The position numbers were made by a program, and so were the translations under genes. This document shows, in pieces, positions 36,830 through 50,754 of a stretch of 64,000 nt of DNA (the first letter of the stretch is position 1; the number at the start of each line of letters is the position of its first letter). The notes below the pieces were generated by a model. It was not told where the DNA came from, searched no databases, and was given only the letters and a program-made list of their open reading frames with translations. This DNA comes from Camelus dromedarius (taxonomy: Eukaryota). The stretch is from contig NC_087436.1 in NCBI RefSeq assembly GCF_036321535.1, positions 39,992,001 to 40,056,000 on the forward strand, in the 5' to 3' direction.

Positions 36830-38160
36830 TTGAAATCTATCTTTTTTTTCTTCTGTTAACATAACTGGTTTCTTTTGGTTAGAATGTGCTTAGTTTATCA
36901 TTTTTTATCCTTGTGTTTTCAATCTTCCTTTATCCTTTTGCATCTCTTCTGAGTATAAAACTGGATTTCAAAAAATTCAGTCTGATAACACTTGGTCCAT
37001 TTACATGTAATATAATTTCTAATAGGTTTGCATTTTTATTTATCATCTAATTTTGAGTTTTGTATTCATCTTACTTGCTTCAGTCTCCCCCTCTCCATCT
37101 CTTTGCCTTTTGGGGATTGAGCATTTTCACCATTTTCATTACTTTTCCTTCTACTTGGGTGTGTGTAGATCTGCTTTCAATGGCTCTAAAAATTAGAGTA
37201 GACATATTAAACTTAGCAAATTCTAAAGTAAATTAATGACTTTTTCTTCCTCCCAGAAAATACAAGGATTCAGACCCATTCATCGCTCTATGGAAGTTTT
37301 TAATTATGTTTCATTTTTACCCTGCAACATACTATTTTTATTATTTCATAAAGTCAGTGTTTATTTAGCTTTACTCACACTTTCATCCCTCTCTGTGCTT
37401 TTTCATTTCTTCCTAACAGACTTTCAATCTGAAACTACCTTGTTTGAGTGAAGTATAAACTCAGAATTTCTTTAGCAAGGATCTGCCGGTGGCAAACTTT
37501 CAGTTTTTGTTTGAAAAAGGCCTTTCTGCAGGCAGCCTGTAAGAATTATCTAAAAGATCTTGGTTTACCCTCTTTATAACATTTACGGGGATCATAGCAA
37601 GAGATGAAATGGAAGGCTGGGGTTTATAGCATACCCTGTATCATACTCTCTTCCCATCCCCAGCTTTGAATGTCACCACGAGGATTCTTAGGGTTTGGCG
37701 GCCCCAGGCTGCATGTCCAAGTTCTGTGCCTAGAAAGTCTCCATTTGAGGGGCAAGGGAGGGCCAAAGAGGGGTCTTGTGAATTACAGGGGGCCAGGGAA
37801 GGGCTCCTGACTACTCCTGTGTAAGGGTAGGAGTATTTATTTTGTAGTCATTCATTCCTGAAAAATAGTTTCACGGTATAAAATTCTAGTTTAATACATT
37901 CTCTTGTTCCTCAGTCACCAGGAGTCTATCATTTGCTGCCCAGAGTCAGCTCTCAGCCTAATGTTACTCATTTGAAGGTAATCTGATCTTGTCCGACAGC
38001 TTTTAAGACTTTCTCTTTGTCTTTCTGAAGTTTCACTATGATGAGTTTAGTACGGCTTTCCTTTTGTTGATTCTGTTTGGGGTTTAGGGGGCTTGCTGCA
38101 TGTGAGGATTCGTGATATGAGTTAGTTCTGCAGTATTCTCCACGGTTATTTCCTTAAATG
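36830..38160 (-). mobile_element. Old L1ME-type fragments (with an unassigned insert at ~37570-37830)
   Basis: cagtctgataacac...tccatttacatgtaat; ctttagcaaggatctgccggtggcaaact; ttttaagactttctctttgtcttt...agtttcactatgatg. Confidence 0.7.
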
Positions 38161-38182
38161 TCACCTTTAACATTTATTGATT

Positions 38183-38635
38183 TAATTCATTCATTCATTA
38201 TGTGTTCACTGTTTCCCATCCATGTGACAAGCACTCCTCTTGGCACTGGGGATACAGTTCTGACCAAAATAGCCAGAAAGATCCCTGCCCTCTTGTCGCC
38301 TGCATTCCACTGGGGAAAAACAAACAATGAACATGCAAAAAAGCAAAATCCACAGCACTTCAAAGTGATGGATTAAGAAGAAAAAAATAGCAGGAAAGAG
38401 AGTAGAGTGTCAGAGGCAATGTTAAAATTTAAATAGTGTGTTTAGAGGAAGCCTCAATGAGAGAAGGTGATATTTGAGTAAATATATAGAGGATGGAAGG
38501 AAGTGGGCTTTTCATATACTTGCAAAGAGAGTCTCAGGAAGAGGGATTCACAAGTGTAAGAGTCTTGATGTGGGAGGAAGTCTTGCCTGTTCACAGATCG
38601 GTAGGGAAACTGACCAGGCTGATGCACGGTAGTAT
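38183..38635 (-). mobile_element. L2a 3' end
   Basis: ttcattcattcatt...gcactggggatacag...atccctgccctc...gagaaggtgatatttgag. Confidence 0.85.
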
Positions 38636-39895
38636 TTTCGTGTCTTCAGTCCTTTCAGAAGAGCAGTGAATTAAGATCCTCACATATAGAAGAAAACAAT
38701 ACAACTGTCCATTTTCAACGAAGAGGCACATTAAACACAATATTCATACTGTAATAAAGGGCTGCAAATACTGATACAATACATATGCTCCCCATACACA
38801 TATGACTATATCCTTTTTGGTTAAATGAATGAAAATTGCTTCATAAAGCTGGTGGTCTATTTGAACACAGAGTAATATGTTTTGCTTTTTAATGATTATT
38901 TTTGTATTATCCATCTAACCTTAAACTATTGGACATTTCATCCCATCAATTAAAAGTTCTCAGATGTTAAAATACATTTAACATTCAGTTAACACAATTA
39001 AAAACTATTTTGGAAATTTTGGCAATGATTTTTCTCCTTTGGATAGAAGTGCATGTTCTTTTTGAAATTCAGTCAAATTTAATCAAATGTGAGGTAATTT
39101 AGAAGCTGTACAGAAAGTGCATGACAGTCTTGAAGGGCTGAGCATTAAGTTTGTGTTCGGCTGGCTTCCTCATCTCTGATGGAGTTGGTACTAATTAAAA
39201 TTCAGTTAAATACTTTAAAAGAACTGCACTTGAGGAAAACCCTTTATCATCTTAAAAACGTATTAGCTACAATTAATTTACTTTAGATCTTTTGTGCAAA
39301 TGATTTGTAGAATTTTCAGAGAAATGAGATGAAAAGTATTCTTTCAGGTCTAGACTGTTTAACCAAGTGAATGGCTCCTTTTCTTACCTAGGAATATGTA
39401 TTTCCTAGTGTCATAAGCAAAAGAGGGTCCATGTATAGAACTTACTGTTCTTATTGCTATACTTAAACCTTTGCCTTAGCAGAGATACCATCCTCCATCC
39501 CTGGGCATCCTACTGTGGTTCCTTGGGTTTCTTTTGCTGGCCACTTAACCTTTTTCATGTACATACCATTAAAGGTTTACATATGACACAGTAACTAAAA
39601 TTAACGTCTGTATGATGACAATTCTGTAGTATCTATCCCCACTCAAGATTTCTCTCCCCTTCTAGGGACCTATATATGCAACTGCTTATTGGTCATCTCT
39701 GTTTTGATACCTCAAGGTTGTTTTAGGTTTTACCTACCCACTTTATTTTATTTTCCAAATCCATTTCCTCCTGCTGTATTCTTTATTTCAGTGAATGACA
39801 TTATGAGCTACTATGAGACTTGAGTGTAATTTATCTTTAACCCTGTTTTATTTACCTATCATATTAAGAAGCACAGGATCTTTCAGACAATAACA

Positions 39896-41475
39896 TTTTA
39901 ATTTATTTTAAAAAGATTTATTGGGATAAAATTCACATTCCATGCAAATAACCCACTTAGAGTGCACAATTCAATGACTGAACATAGCAGCAGAGTTGTG
40001 TACCCAACCCCACAATCAACTTAGAACATTTTTATTCCATAAAGAAACTCCATGCCACTGTGCTGTCACTCATTAATCTTGTCATTTTTCACAGCCCTAG
40101 TCAACCATGAATCCACTCTTATTCTCTATAGATTTATCTATTCTGGATTTTTCATATAAGTAGAATCACTTCGCATGATATTCATCCCTGTTGTATCATG
40201 TATCAGTATTTCAATCCTCTTTATGGTAGAATAATTATCAGTGTATAAATATAACCACAGTTTAGTCACTTATTTATTCATGAACATTTGGGTTATTTCC
40301 ACTTTTTGGCAATTATAACACTGTAGTAGTCATTCATGTAAAAGTTGTTGGGGGACATGTGTGTTCAGTTCTCTCAGGTGGATACCTAGGGGTGGACTTG
40401 TAGACTCACATGTCTAACCATTCGAAGAACTGCCAGATGGTTTTTCAGAGCAGCTGCAGCATTTTGCATTCCCACCCACAGTGCATGAGTGTTCCAATTT
40501 CTTCCCGCCTTCTGAGGGTTTTTGTTACTTGTCTTTTAGGTTATAGTCATCCTCACGAGTATGAAGTGGTATCTCATTTTGGTTTTGATTTGCATTAGCT
40601 TGAAGGTTAATGATTCTGAGAATATTTTTTCACGTGCTTATTTGCCATTTGTATATTTGGGAGAATTCTATTCAGATACTTTGCCCATTTTTAAATTGGT
40701 TTGTCTTTTATTTTTGAGTTATGATAGCTCTTGATATATTCCAGATGCAAGTACCAGTTACGTGTATCAACCAAAGAAGGCCTGTGTCTTTGCCTCTACA
40801 TTGTTTTATTTCTTCACTGCAGGTTGAGACTCGTTAGCTCAAAAGCTCACTGGTGGTAACTCCAATTTCTACATATCAAGTCCTTTATAAATAGCCCAAC
40901 AGCCCATTTTTAACCACTTAGAGTCTGCTTGCTTTGCACACTCTGCGAGATCTCACCCCACATTTGCTAACAATAGATGATATAAACGCAGGGTTATAAA
41001 GACACCAAGCAACACCCACACTTTAGCCAGCAGAGCCCAATAAAGTTTGTATGGTCATATCTTTTTTCTTGATCAGCCCCTCAAACCCTCTAAACCCCTA
41101 TAGTAACTTGTCAGATATATGATCTGCAAAATTTTTCTCCCTTTCTGTGGGTGGTCTTTTATTTTTCCCTTAATGGTGTCCTTTGAAACACAAAAGTTTT
41201 AAATTTTAATGATGTCCAGTTTATATCTCTTTCTTTTTTCTTTTGTTGCTTGTGTTTTTGATGTAATATCTAAGAAACTGTTGCCTAATCTAAGGTCACT
41301 AATGTTTATACCTGTATTTTCTTCAAGGAATTCTGTAGTTTTAGCTCTTATATTTAGACCTTTGATCTACTGTGAGTTAAATTTTGTACGTGGTATGAGA
41401 TAGGTGCGCCATCCTTTGTATGTGGGTTTCCAGTTGTCCCAGCACCATTTGTTAAAAAGATGATCTTTTCAACAC
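39896..41475 (-). mobile_element. L1MB-type 3' end, interrupted by an LTR
   Basis: tttattgggataaaattcacat...agtgcacaattcaatg; gaagaactgccaga; ccagttgtcccagcaccatttgttaaaaaga. Confidence 0.9.
40756..41108 (+). mobile_element. Probable ERV1-class LTR inside L1MB
   Basis: Splits the L1 sequence gatgcaagtacc|ttgtcagatatatg; degenerate inverted ends agttac...gtaact; AATAAA near 41039. Confidence 0.7.
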
Positions 41476-43019
41476 CACGAGTATTGAGCTTCTTTTCCCT
41501 ATTCTTGTTGCTGTTGCTTTAGTTCATAACACCCATTTTTTTCTACAATCCCCTAATTGACTTAGATTTCTTTCATCTTTTCCAATTTACTTTCTGTACT
41601 ACAGCCGATGATGTTTCTCAAATAAAAAATTGATTGTGTCCCTCTCTTGCTTAAAACTTTAAGTTTTACTGATTTCAGGTAAAGTACAGATGTCCTAATA
41701 TGACACAGAAGTTTTGTCTTTTCGCCTACCCTTGGCCCCTATACTTCAGCTATAATTTTAGTATATCAAGTGTACCTCTTCCAATTCTGTGCCTCTTGTA
41801 TGCTGTTTTCTCTTCTGAGACCCTCTGTCAGTGTTCTTTAGTTCTAACTTAGACTTCAATTCTGTGAGAACGATTTCCTTAAACAGCATCAGTCAGTTTC
41901 TTCCAGGGATTTGGAACTTGTCCTTTTGGTGTTTATGATAGACTACTATAATTGCCTGGTGATTGTCATCCCTCTCCTAGTTTGTAAATTCAGTGACTCG
42001 AAGGACTGCCTCTTTCATTCTGGTATTTTCAGGGCTAAGCATAATATTGGGTACAAAGTAGATATTAAATGAATATTTGCTACATGGAACTATTTCTTTT
42101 GTGTATGAGACAAAGTCTGTAAGAAAAGATAATTTGAAGCCAATTTTGAAAGGCATGATGCTGGCGTGCCATAGAAGTAAAAAAAAAGAAAAAAATTTGA
42201 TTATTTAATGAAGAATAAGATTGATACTTTCAAACAGTTTATTGTGTAATTTGCCATGCTAGGTGTAAATCTATAGAGTAAAATGAGCAATAAGTCACGT
42301 ATTTCCAGAAAAAGCATTGAAGATGTATAGCTCTTACTTTTGAGTAAATTTAGAGCAATTTTATATTTGGTATTTATATGTATTGGGAAACAGAAAGAAA
42401 GGGTTAGATAATTATAATATGTTACAGTAATTGGAATGATCACATTTGTCAGCATAATAGCAGGGCCTAGTCTAGCTTAAGTATCTATGAATCTGTGATA
42501 TATCTGGGAAAGTTAATGGTAAAAATAATTATTTTTAGCAACTGGATAGTAATACATGAAGAAAATAAAGCATGAATATAATCATTATGAGTAGTTCATC
42601 TACATTTTTTTCTCATAATTAAAAGCAGACAAACTTGTAATATTTAAAATATTTTCCATAGTTGGTAAAATACAGATACTTCAGAAGTTGTAGAGGTAAT
42701 GGAGGTTGTGGTAAATCTCAATTGCATTGTTAGATAATTAGATCTCATGATTCTTCACTGTGTGGATTAACATTCAGCAAAGCCCTATATTACAGACTGG
42801 CTGTTTTTCTTTTTACTTTAATCATTCTGTGCCACAGGGTAGAAATTAACCAGAAATTGAATGATGGTGAAACCTTAATAGTTTTAGTAGTTTAAGGCAA
42901 TTCAAATAATTATACAAAGGAGGTTCTGGGAAAAAAATCCATAATTTATGAAACTGTAATTGTTGCAAGATACTTCTTTCTTAAGAGTTATGCAATATTA
43001 TAAAGACCTTTTTATGAGT

Positions 43020-43041
43020 ATGTGTGTGTGTGTGTGTGTGT
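43020..43041. repeat. (TG)n microsatellite
   Basis: Seen directly in the sequence. Confidence 0.95.
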
Positions 43042-43864
43042 CTATGAAATCCTGGCACAGCAAGGGTATTTTCCTTCTCTTTTAGTATTCTTTAACTTAG
43101 AATAATTATTTTCAGTTGTTTTTGAACCAATATTTAAGCCGTTGTTTTATATGAAACAATCCCCAACTCTCTGCCAACCATCTTCCTCTAGAGGAATAGT
43201 TAGAAAATAGCATGACTTTGGAAAGGCAGTGATGTCATATTTAGGAAACTAAGCATGAGTGATGTCATTCTCTATGCCCATAGAGGCTTTGGGAAGGCAA
43301 CTGTTTTCCTTCTCAACTACCTTAAAAACAGATTTGAATAAATAGTTTCAGCAGGAAGTAGAATTAATCTGTGGAAACTCAATAAAATCCATGCTGCTAG
43401 CCATCAGCATGTATAAATGATGCTGAATGAATTTGGAGGTCATCTTGATACCAATTCCCCAGTGGAGAACTTGTTGGCACATTGATATAGATTTTCCTGC
43501 CACAACCTATTACTGTTTTGCACTTTTTCTTGATCCGGTAACTCTATCTGTCCCCAAAGACTACAACTTGGGATCAGCTGTAACTCTTTAATAATGTCAC
43601 ATTCTAAAGAATGTCTCAGAGGAGGAGACTATTAAAGAGTTCAGGCATTCATAAAAAATGGTACTCTAGGAAGATAGTAAGTAATATGATAAAGTCATAG
43701 CCCCATCAAGGGATCCAATAATTAATTCCAGCAGATTACAGGATAATTTGGACATTGGATGGATATAGATAGATACCTAAAAAAAAAAATTATTTCCAAT
43801 TTTCAAATATTCCTGTGCTGACAGTTATTCCCAAAAAAGCTTGTTTTAAAATAGGATTGTACTT

Positions 43865-45495
43865 TAAAATAATGAAAATACAAGCTAAAAACTGGGAGAA
43901 AATATTTGTAAACTGCATATCTAAAAAAGAAAGTAAATTTGTATCCAGAATATATCAAGAACTTTCAAAGTTAAATAATAAGAAAATAAACAACCCAATA
44001 CAAAAATAGATGAATAGTGTGTATACACACTTCATCAAAGAAGATAAACAGGTATCAATAAGAATATAAGAAGATGCTCAGTATCACTAATCATTAAAGA
44101 AATGCAAATTAAAAAATGAGATATTACTACACACTTATTTGAGTGCCTAAATTAACGACCATACCAAATGTTGGTTATTATAAATATTACTGATAAGATG
44201 TGTAGCCCATAATTTACAAATAATGATAAACTACAATACTCTTGGTTGTAAATTCCATATAGCTATTGATTTTCATAGAATTCCTTTGCGGACTTTTGCC
44301 AACGTATTCTTAAAAATGACAAATGAAGATAATTCTGACAAGAGTGTTGATTGATATTTTTGTTTATGCTAAGGAATAAGATCAAAGTGAAGCAAGATGA
44401 TGAAGACATATGTCAGAATTTCACTCAATGGTCAATGTCAGGACGGTGTTCTTTGCAGAATTAGATAATAGTTTTTGAGTACTACAAGAATGACTGTGCA
44501 ATTTTTTTTGTTCTTTTCACAATGCAAAGACTACAGACATGATGAATCTTAAGTTTAACCTGAATTTATAACATTTTTCTGTCACTTTTTAAAATTGATG
44601 ATCAACAAAACAAATCAAGCCTTGATTTGCAGTGTATGCTGTTAAATACTCTCATGATGCTTGAATCCAAGTTACCAACACAATGTCACTGAATGAGGAT
44701 TGGAAAAAGAGGCTCAGAAGCACACAATTACATAGTATTTCCCCCATACAGATGCTACTCATAGATATAATGTAGGAAATGTTCAGAATTCATTTTTAAA
44801 AATAAAACCCCTAACTCTCATACACTGCTGGTAAAAATGCAAAATTCTACAGCCATTTGGGCAAATATTTTGGCAGTTTAAAAAAAAATTAAACATATAC
44901 TATATGACCCAGCCATTCTACCCTGAGGTACTTACCTAAGAGAAATCAATGCATACATACATAAAGACTTCTACATGAATGTCTATAGCAGCTTTATTTG
45001 TAATAGCCCAAAACAAGTGAATGGATCAACAAATTTTGGTACATTCACACAATGCAATATGAAGAAATGAACTATTGATATATGCCACTTGAATGGATAG
45101 TAAAATAATGATGCCAAGTGAAAGAAGCTACACACACAAAGAATACATACTGTGTGATTCCATTTATATAAAATTCCAGAAAATGAAAATGAATATATTG
45201 ATAGAAAACCAATCATTGGTTTGCCTCCGAATGGGGTGAAGTTGCATAAGAGGCAGTGAAAAAGAAGAGATTACAAAGGGACATGAGGAAATTTTTGAAA
45301 ATGATGACTCTTTATCTACCTATAGATCAACTTTGAGGAAGTGTTTATGCGTTATCATTGGTTCATTTTATACTAGGTAGTTATATATATACTTATATAT
45401 ATTTATATATGTGTATATATAATCTTGATTGTGGTGAGGAGGTCAACAACTTATCAAATGTACCCTTTAAATATGTACATTTTATTCTTCATCAG
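43865..45495 (+). mobile_element. Old L1MC/ME ORF2 end and 3'UTR, split by a DNA transposon
   Basis: ORF 43815-44009 MKIQAKNWEKIFVNCISKKE...VSRIYQELSKLN is L1 ORF2 C-terminus; gaccataccaaatgttgg|...|aactctcatacactgctgg. Confidence 0.9.
44178..44800. mobile_element. MER63-like (hAT-Blackjack) DNA transposon fragment
   Basis: gccttgatttgcagtg...taaatactctcat...caagttaccaacacaatgtcactgaatgaggattgg...atagtatttcccccatacagat matches the recalled MER63. Confidence 0.7.
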
Positions 45496-45755
45496 AAATA
45501 TAGTTTTACCTACATTTAGGTTAAAAACTCCTTAATTTTCAAAATTGTTTCCCTATGATATCTTTTTAGTGGATGTTTTGTTTTTATTTGTTGGTTCAAT
45601 TATCCTTTTGTAAAAAAATAAATAAATAAATATCCAGGACTCACTACTCAGAGGATAAATGATTCCTTCAGGAATTTTGTGATCAGTTCAGCTCTTCTGG
45701 AGTACGACTTCAGAAACCTAGTAATTCTTTGGAGTTTTCGTCCTCTCTCTAGAAC

Positions 45756-46060
45756 AAGGATTGAAAAACTTTGTCTACAAAGGGCCAGATGGTAAATATT
45801 ATCAGCTTTGCTGGCCAAATATGTTCTTAGTTGCTGCTGCCGCTTCCTCTTCTCTCTTCCTCTTCCCCTGTCTCCCCTTTCCCCACCCTCTTCCCACCCC
45901 CTTCCCTTCTGGCTCCCTTTTCTACCTCCTCCTCCCCCTGCTCCCTCTCCTCCTCCATTTTTACAATCCCTTAATAATATAAACCACTCTTAGCTATAGG
46001 CCGTTCAAAACCTGGTCATGATCTGCACTTGGCCTCTGCACTGTAGTGGTCCTACTCTTG
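45756..46060. mobile_element. MER58-like (hAT-Charlie) element containing a C/T-rich expansion (45840-45960)
   Basis: caaggattgaaaaactttgtctacaaagggccagatggtaaatattatcagctttgctggcc. Confidence 0.8.
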
Positions 46061-47430
46061 AGGACCTGCTCACATATAATCACAAGTTTGGTGGCATTTT
46101 TCTGGCTGCCACTTCCTCTTTGCTTCATGCTGGTTCTCGCATGCTCACGGCCACAATGTGCTGGTTCTCCTGGGTCCTAGCGTAAACCTTTTCCTCCACT
46201 CCTTTTTCTCCTGGACTGCTGCTATACTCTGGATGGCTGATGAGCTCTCTCTTTGTCCCTTTGTGCTCAGCACTGCCAGTTTTGCTCACCTGTCTGCTTG
46301 AAACTTACTTGGGGGAGGTGTGTAACCACATCTACCTCTTCTGAACTGGTCAAACCTTTGCTGAAGGCGCCATGAAATGTTACATGGACCAGAGCCATTC
46401 ACTCTGCAAACTCAAACACGAGATTATAGTGTTTTTAATTTCTGGTGACTACTTGATTATACATTTCTAGATGGCTTCGAGACCTTGTGCTAAATTAGAT
46501 TCTTTAGCTGTTACTGTCATGTAATTACCAAACTCCATTTGGCTATTTATTTATCTAGTAATTAGCATAGAATTTGTCATTTATGCCACTAAAGTTCATC
46601 TTTCATCTGAAGCTGGGAAAATTACTGTCCATTTCAAGTTTTATACTCTTTTATGTGAACAGCATAATAGAAGCACTAAAAATTTAGTAGCATTTTTTTA
46701 AAAATCCATATCTGTCATCTCCAGACAGAGTTTACACTTGCCAACCAGGTAAATGAGTTGGAGCAGATTCAAGTAATGGCATAACATTTTATTTGGAGCC
46801 ACCATTCCTGGCAACCCTCAAGTGCTGTTGCTGACAGTGATTATCCGAGAAACCTCCCCTTTGACGCCCAAAGCCCTTATTTGCTATTTGTTTCTTTTAT
46901 TTTGGACCTCTGTCTCCTATCTTCCCCACACTCACATAATTTAGCAGCCATGCCATATATACCTGAACCTCAAGTATAGACAGGAGCTGGGCTATTTACC
47001 TGGAGTCTCCACATGCTTTTGAAATTAGTGGATACATACAAATACGGGGATAAGCAGTGTTCAGAAATTTTACATAGCACATCAAAATATCAGGATGATT
47101 TTTGTTACATTTATAATTCTACATGGCTAAGAAAAAGATGAATAAAATTGTTTATATTGTGGGTTGTATATCCTCAGTATTGAAAAGCCCCAAAAGTCAA
47201 TGGTTTTGCAAATACCTTTCTGTTGTCCTTTTCTCCTTGACCAAAGTTTGTTTGGTTTTTCTTATAATTCTTCCACTCCAGATACAATGAATCACTTGAA
47301 TATGGAAGGAAATGACTGTGGCTATTCATATAGATTGTTGCTGATCACTTATTGTTGCTGTCTCTTTAGAATAACTGTGTCAGCAGCACAGCAAATGCTA
47401 CGTTTAATTTGACTATTACCTCTTATTTCT

Positions 47431-47486
47431 ATAGTGAGGATCTGTCTCCAATAGTGAGGATCTGTCTCCAATAGTAAGTATCTGTC
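47431..47486. repeat. 20-bp tandem repeat, two perfect copies plus one degenerate copy
   Basis: atagtgaggatctgtctcca x2, then atagtaagtatctgtc. Confidence 0.95.
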
Positions 47487-50400
47487 AAAATTTCAGCTGG
47501 GCATAGGTTGAAAAGAATCCATTTAGCATAATATCATGGAGGCAAACACTGATCACGTGAAAACTACATATGTTAATTTATAATGTTGGGTGCTAATAGA
47601 TGAAAAAAGCAGTACATGTAAGATTTTTAACATATCTCGATGTTATTAAAGGGTTACCAATTATAAATGCAAAAATATCTGAACTATATGTAAAAATTAT
47701 TACACTTGATGGAAGACATGCTAATGAAGCATTAGAAGAAAGTAAAAAGAAATAATTTGCTGAAAATGAAACTGCTGATCATGAAGATAAGAGATCACTG
47801 AAGAAAGATAAGAAGTTTGAAATTAGAGAAAAATAAACTCAGAACTAACCAAATGGAAGGCAAGTAACCAACAAATTACAATTAACTGGACAGAGACCAA
47901 TAATTAGACTACATATTTTCCCCGTTTAATTTAAAACATGATTATTAGATCATGGGGATTGACATTTAAATATGGACATAATATGCCTATGATTTCTGAA
48001 ACTCATATTTATTTATAATCAACTTAGCATTTGTTGCTTTTTTGGGCTTTGATTGTTAGACCAGTAAGTGGTTTTTATGTCAATAGTTTGAATGGGTTTC
48101 TATGGAGATAACCATATAAATAAAATGCAATAATATTATTCAAAGCTGATATTGCCACATGATTGCTATAGATTTGTGAATATATATGATATATGTTAAT
48201 ACTCATATGCACATGTCAATATCCATGTCCATATTTAGTATTCTAATGTGGATATAAATAGAGTTGAGTGTCATGTGTTTTGAAATGAGAAAAATTACAT
48301 TCAAAATATTTTTGAGCTGTCTGCCCACAATAAACTTCAGAAAATCAGACTCTGAAATATAGTGCAATGAGAATTTTAAAATAGTCCTATCAAGTTTCAC
48401 AACTCATTGGGAAGTTTTGCTGTCATCACGTACTATGCACATGAATGTCTTGAACAGGTTTTTGCCTTCTTGGTGTAGGTTTTAAATAAAGCCTTTTTCA
48501 AAATCATAAGTTGTGTTTACTGCCAGCAGTGGTGATAATTAGAGTAAAAGAGTAAACCCTTATATTGAAACTGAGATCTAAAGGTATCCAGGAATCTACC
48601 AAACACCGGGACCCTTTGAAATCCTTTATATTATCAGGCTTTGTCAAAAGGAGGAAAAGGGTGAAGGTGTTAGGTCAAGAGGCACAATAAAATAACAAAA
48701 GCTCCTTTGTATTATAGCTAGTGGTCTGAGAAATATTGTCAGTTTTTTTCAAGTATCTGATGTAGATGTGACTATGTAACATTCACTGAAACTTAGGATC
48801 CTGGCAATCTCACAGATACATCTGTGTGATTTTTCTTAAGAAAATATTACAGTTACTCCTAGATGTTGGCAGCATGAGTTCTAAGTACAAGATTAAAGTT
48901 AGAAATCCCCCCCCCCTTCTTTTTCTAGTGATTTTAAAGACATGAGAAGCTGAACAGAAATAAATTTGTCTTGTCAAGGTACTTATATTGTAACAAAGAT
49001 TTTAACTCTGTTTTATGAAGGGATATAAAATTGAAGGGATTACATTACACCGAGATAGATATTTTGAGCTTCTCAGTTTGGGATGTACTGAGAGTATAAA
49101 CAACTCCAGAAAATGTGTGTGTTTGAAGCCTCTGGGTTTTGTGATTTCATTTCCTTGAAATTAAGCTACTTTCTTTTGAGCCTTAAAAGGAATCCAGCAA
49201 TTACTGTTTTTGCTTTCAGTAAATATCCTGGCTACACAAATAACCAGGAGATATAGATAAGCCTATGGAGTCAAAGTTTAATGCTTTTAACAAATAAAAC
49301 TTATAAAAATGAAAGTATGATATATATTCACAATATTCATAATTATTATTGTGCTGTACTATCAGTAAAATTTTTAAGGTGAATGCCTACTATCTAAAAT
49401 ACTCTTAGGGGAAAAGTTGAGCTCTGGTGAGAATCAGGAGTAGTTATGAGTATTTCTTATTTAATTAAATTACATACATTTTTGCAAGCATTCTTCCTAC
49501 TCCTTTCATGGTGACTTGGAGTTCTGCCCATGGATATAGACTCAGTTGGAGTTGACGAGTGCTCACATACTGCCCAGGAGACATGTATTCCTGGTTTCTA
49601 CAGAGACATGTGCATTTCCACTTGACATGTTCACTAAAGTAAGAGGCCCACTGGAAATGCTTAGTTCTGTTACTTCATTTGGATAAATGGATGGTAAGAA
49701 AAATTGCTTAGATTAAATTGAAGCAGCACATCTAGTACTAATGGCCAGGAGGTTACTAATGCCACACTTTTAATTTCTAATTGGTTTTTTCTGCTGGGAT
49801 TTTAGTGGTAATAGTGATAAATTTAATAAAACATACTAGGCATGCAGGAAAATACAAAACTGCAAGGATATATATCTGTTAAAATTTGTGATATTCAAAT
49901 ACATCAAATCTTGTCTGACAAAGTGCATCCTCAAGGCTTGTTTCAGAAAATTTAAAATTGCTATTTAAAAATCAGAAAGCAATGTGTGCTTCAACTTTTC
50001 CACTAGACTACCAATCTGGCCTCACTTCTGAAATTGTCTTTTCTGTGCACTGTCACTGCATTTTTGAATTATTTTTTGAAACTTAACACCACTATACAAT
50101 TATTCTGTAATATTGCCCATCTTATGAATAAACAAGCGATCCTCTCTTGATATTTCCTTCTTTGACTATCATTTAATGCAATGGTTTTTCTCTTTCTTAT
50201 TTCTCTTCTCCACTTCGGAGCCACTTTTCTTGAAGATGCCTCCCCTTCCTTGCCTCCCATCTTCCTCTAAGCCAATTCCAATAAGAAGTGATTATCCCTG
50301 AAGCTCTCCTCAAACTGATCTTGCCAATATCTTCGATTACCCCGTGTTGACAAATCTGGAGGTCGTTTCATTTTTCTCATCTTACTTGAACACTTTGTAC

Positions 50401-50754
50401 TGTTGGATAACGTTGATATACTATACTTCATCCTCTTGATGTCTTTTTCTTCTGGTTGTTGTAATTCATTGAATGTTTTGTTTTCCTCCTCCGGCACTAG
50501 CCATCTGTCAGTCTTCTTTGTCTGTCCTTACTCCTAGGCTTGATGTTAAATGTTGGGATGCCCCATGGCTTGGTCCTAAGCCTTCTGCTCTTTGCTATTT
50601 GTACCCTCTTCATAGATTATCTCATCCAGTGCCTTTGCTTAAATAATTGGCTTTATGCTGTTGGTTCCCAAATTAATGCTGTAGCTCTCACCATTCCTCT
50701 GAAACACCAACTACCTACTAGGATGCTTAAGAGACATATCAAAATGAACTGACT

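Larger units (their letters stand above)
39470..42080 (+). mobile_element. L2 fragment split by an L1MB insertion
   Basis: ctatatatgcaactgcttattggtcatctct on the left; ctctcttgcttaaaac...gggctaagcataatattgggtac...aaatgaatatttg on the right. Confidence 0.65.

Noticed and set aside
45761..45993. Proline-rich ORFs
   Set aside because: They come from a C/T expansion inside a MER58-like element.
47431..47486. CRISPR-like repeat
   Set aside because: The copies are head-to-tail with no spacers, in a mammalian context.
49575..49635. Three ACATGT cores as a p53 element
   Set aside because: The half-sites are imperfect and not in the closely spaced tandem arrangement typical of strong p53 elements, so chance is plausible.
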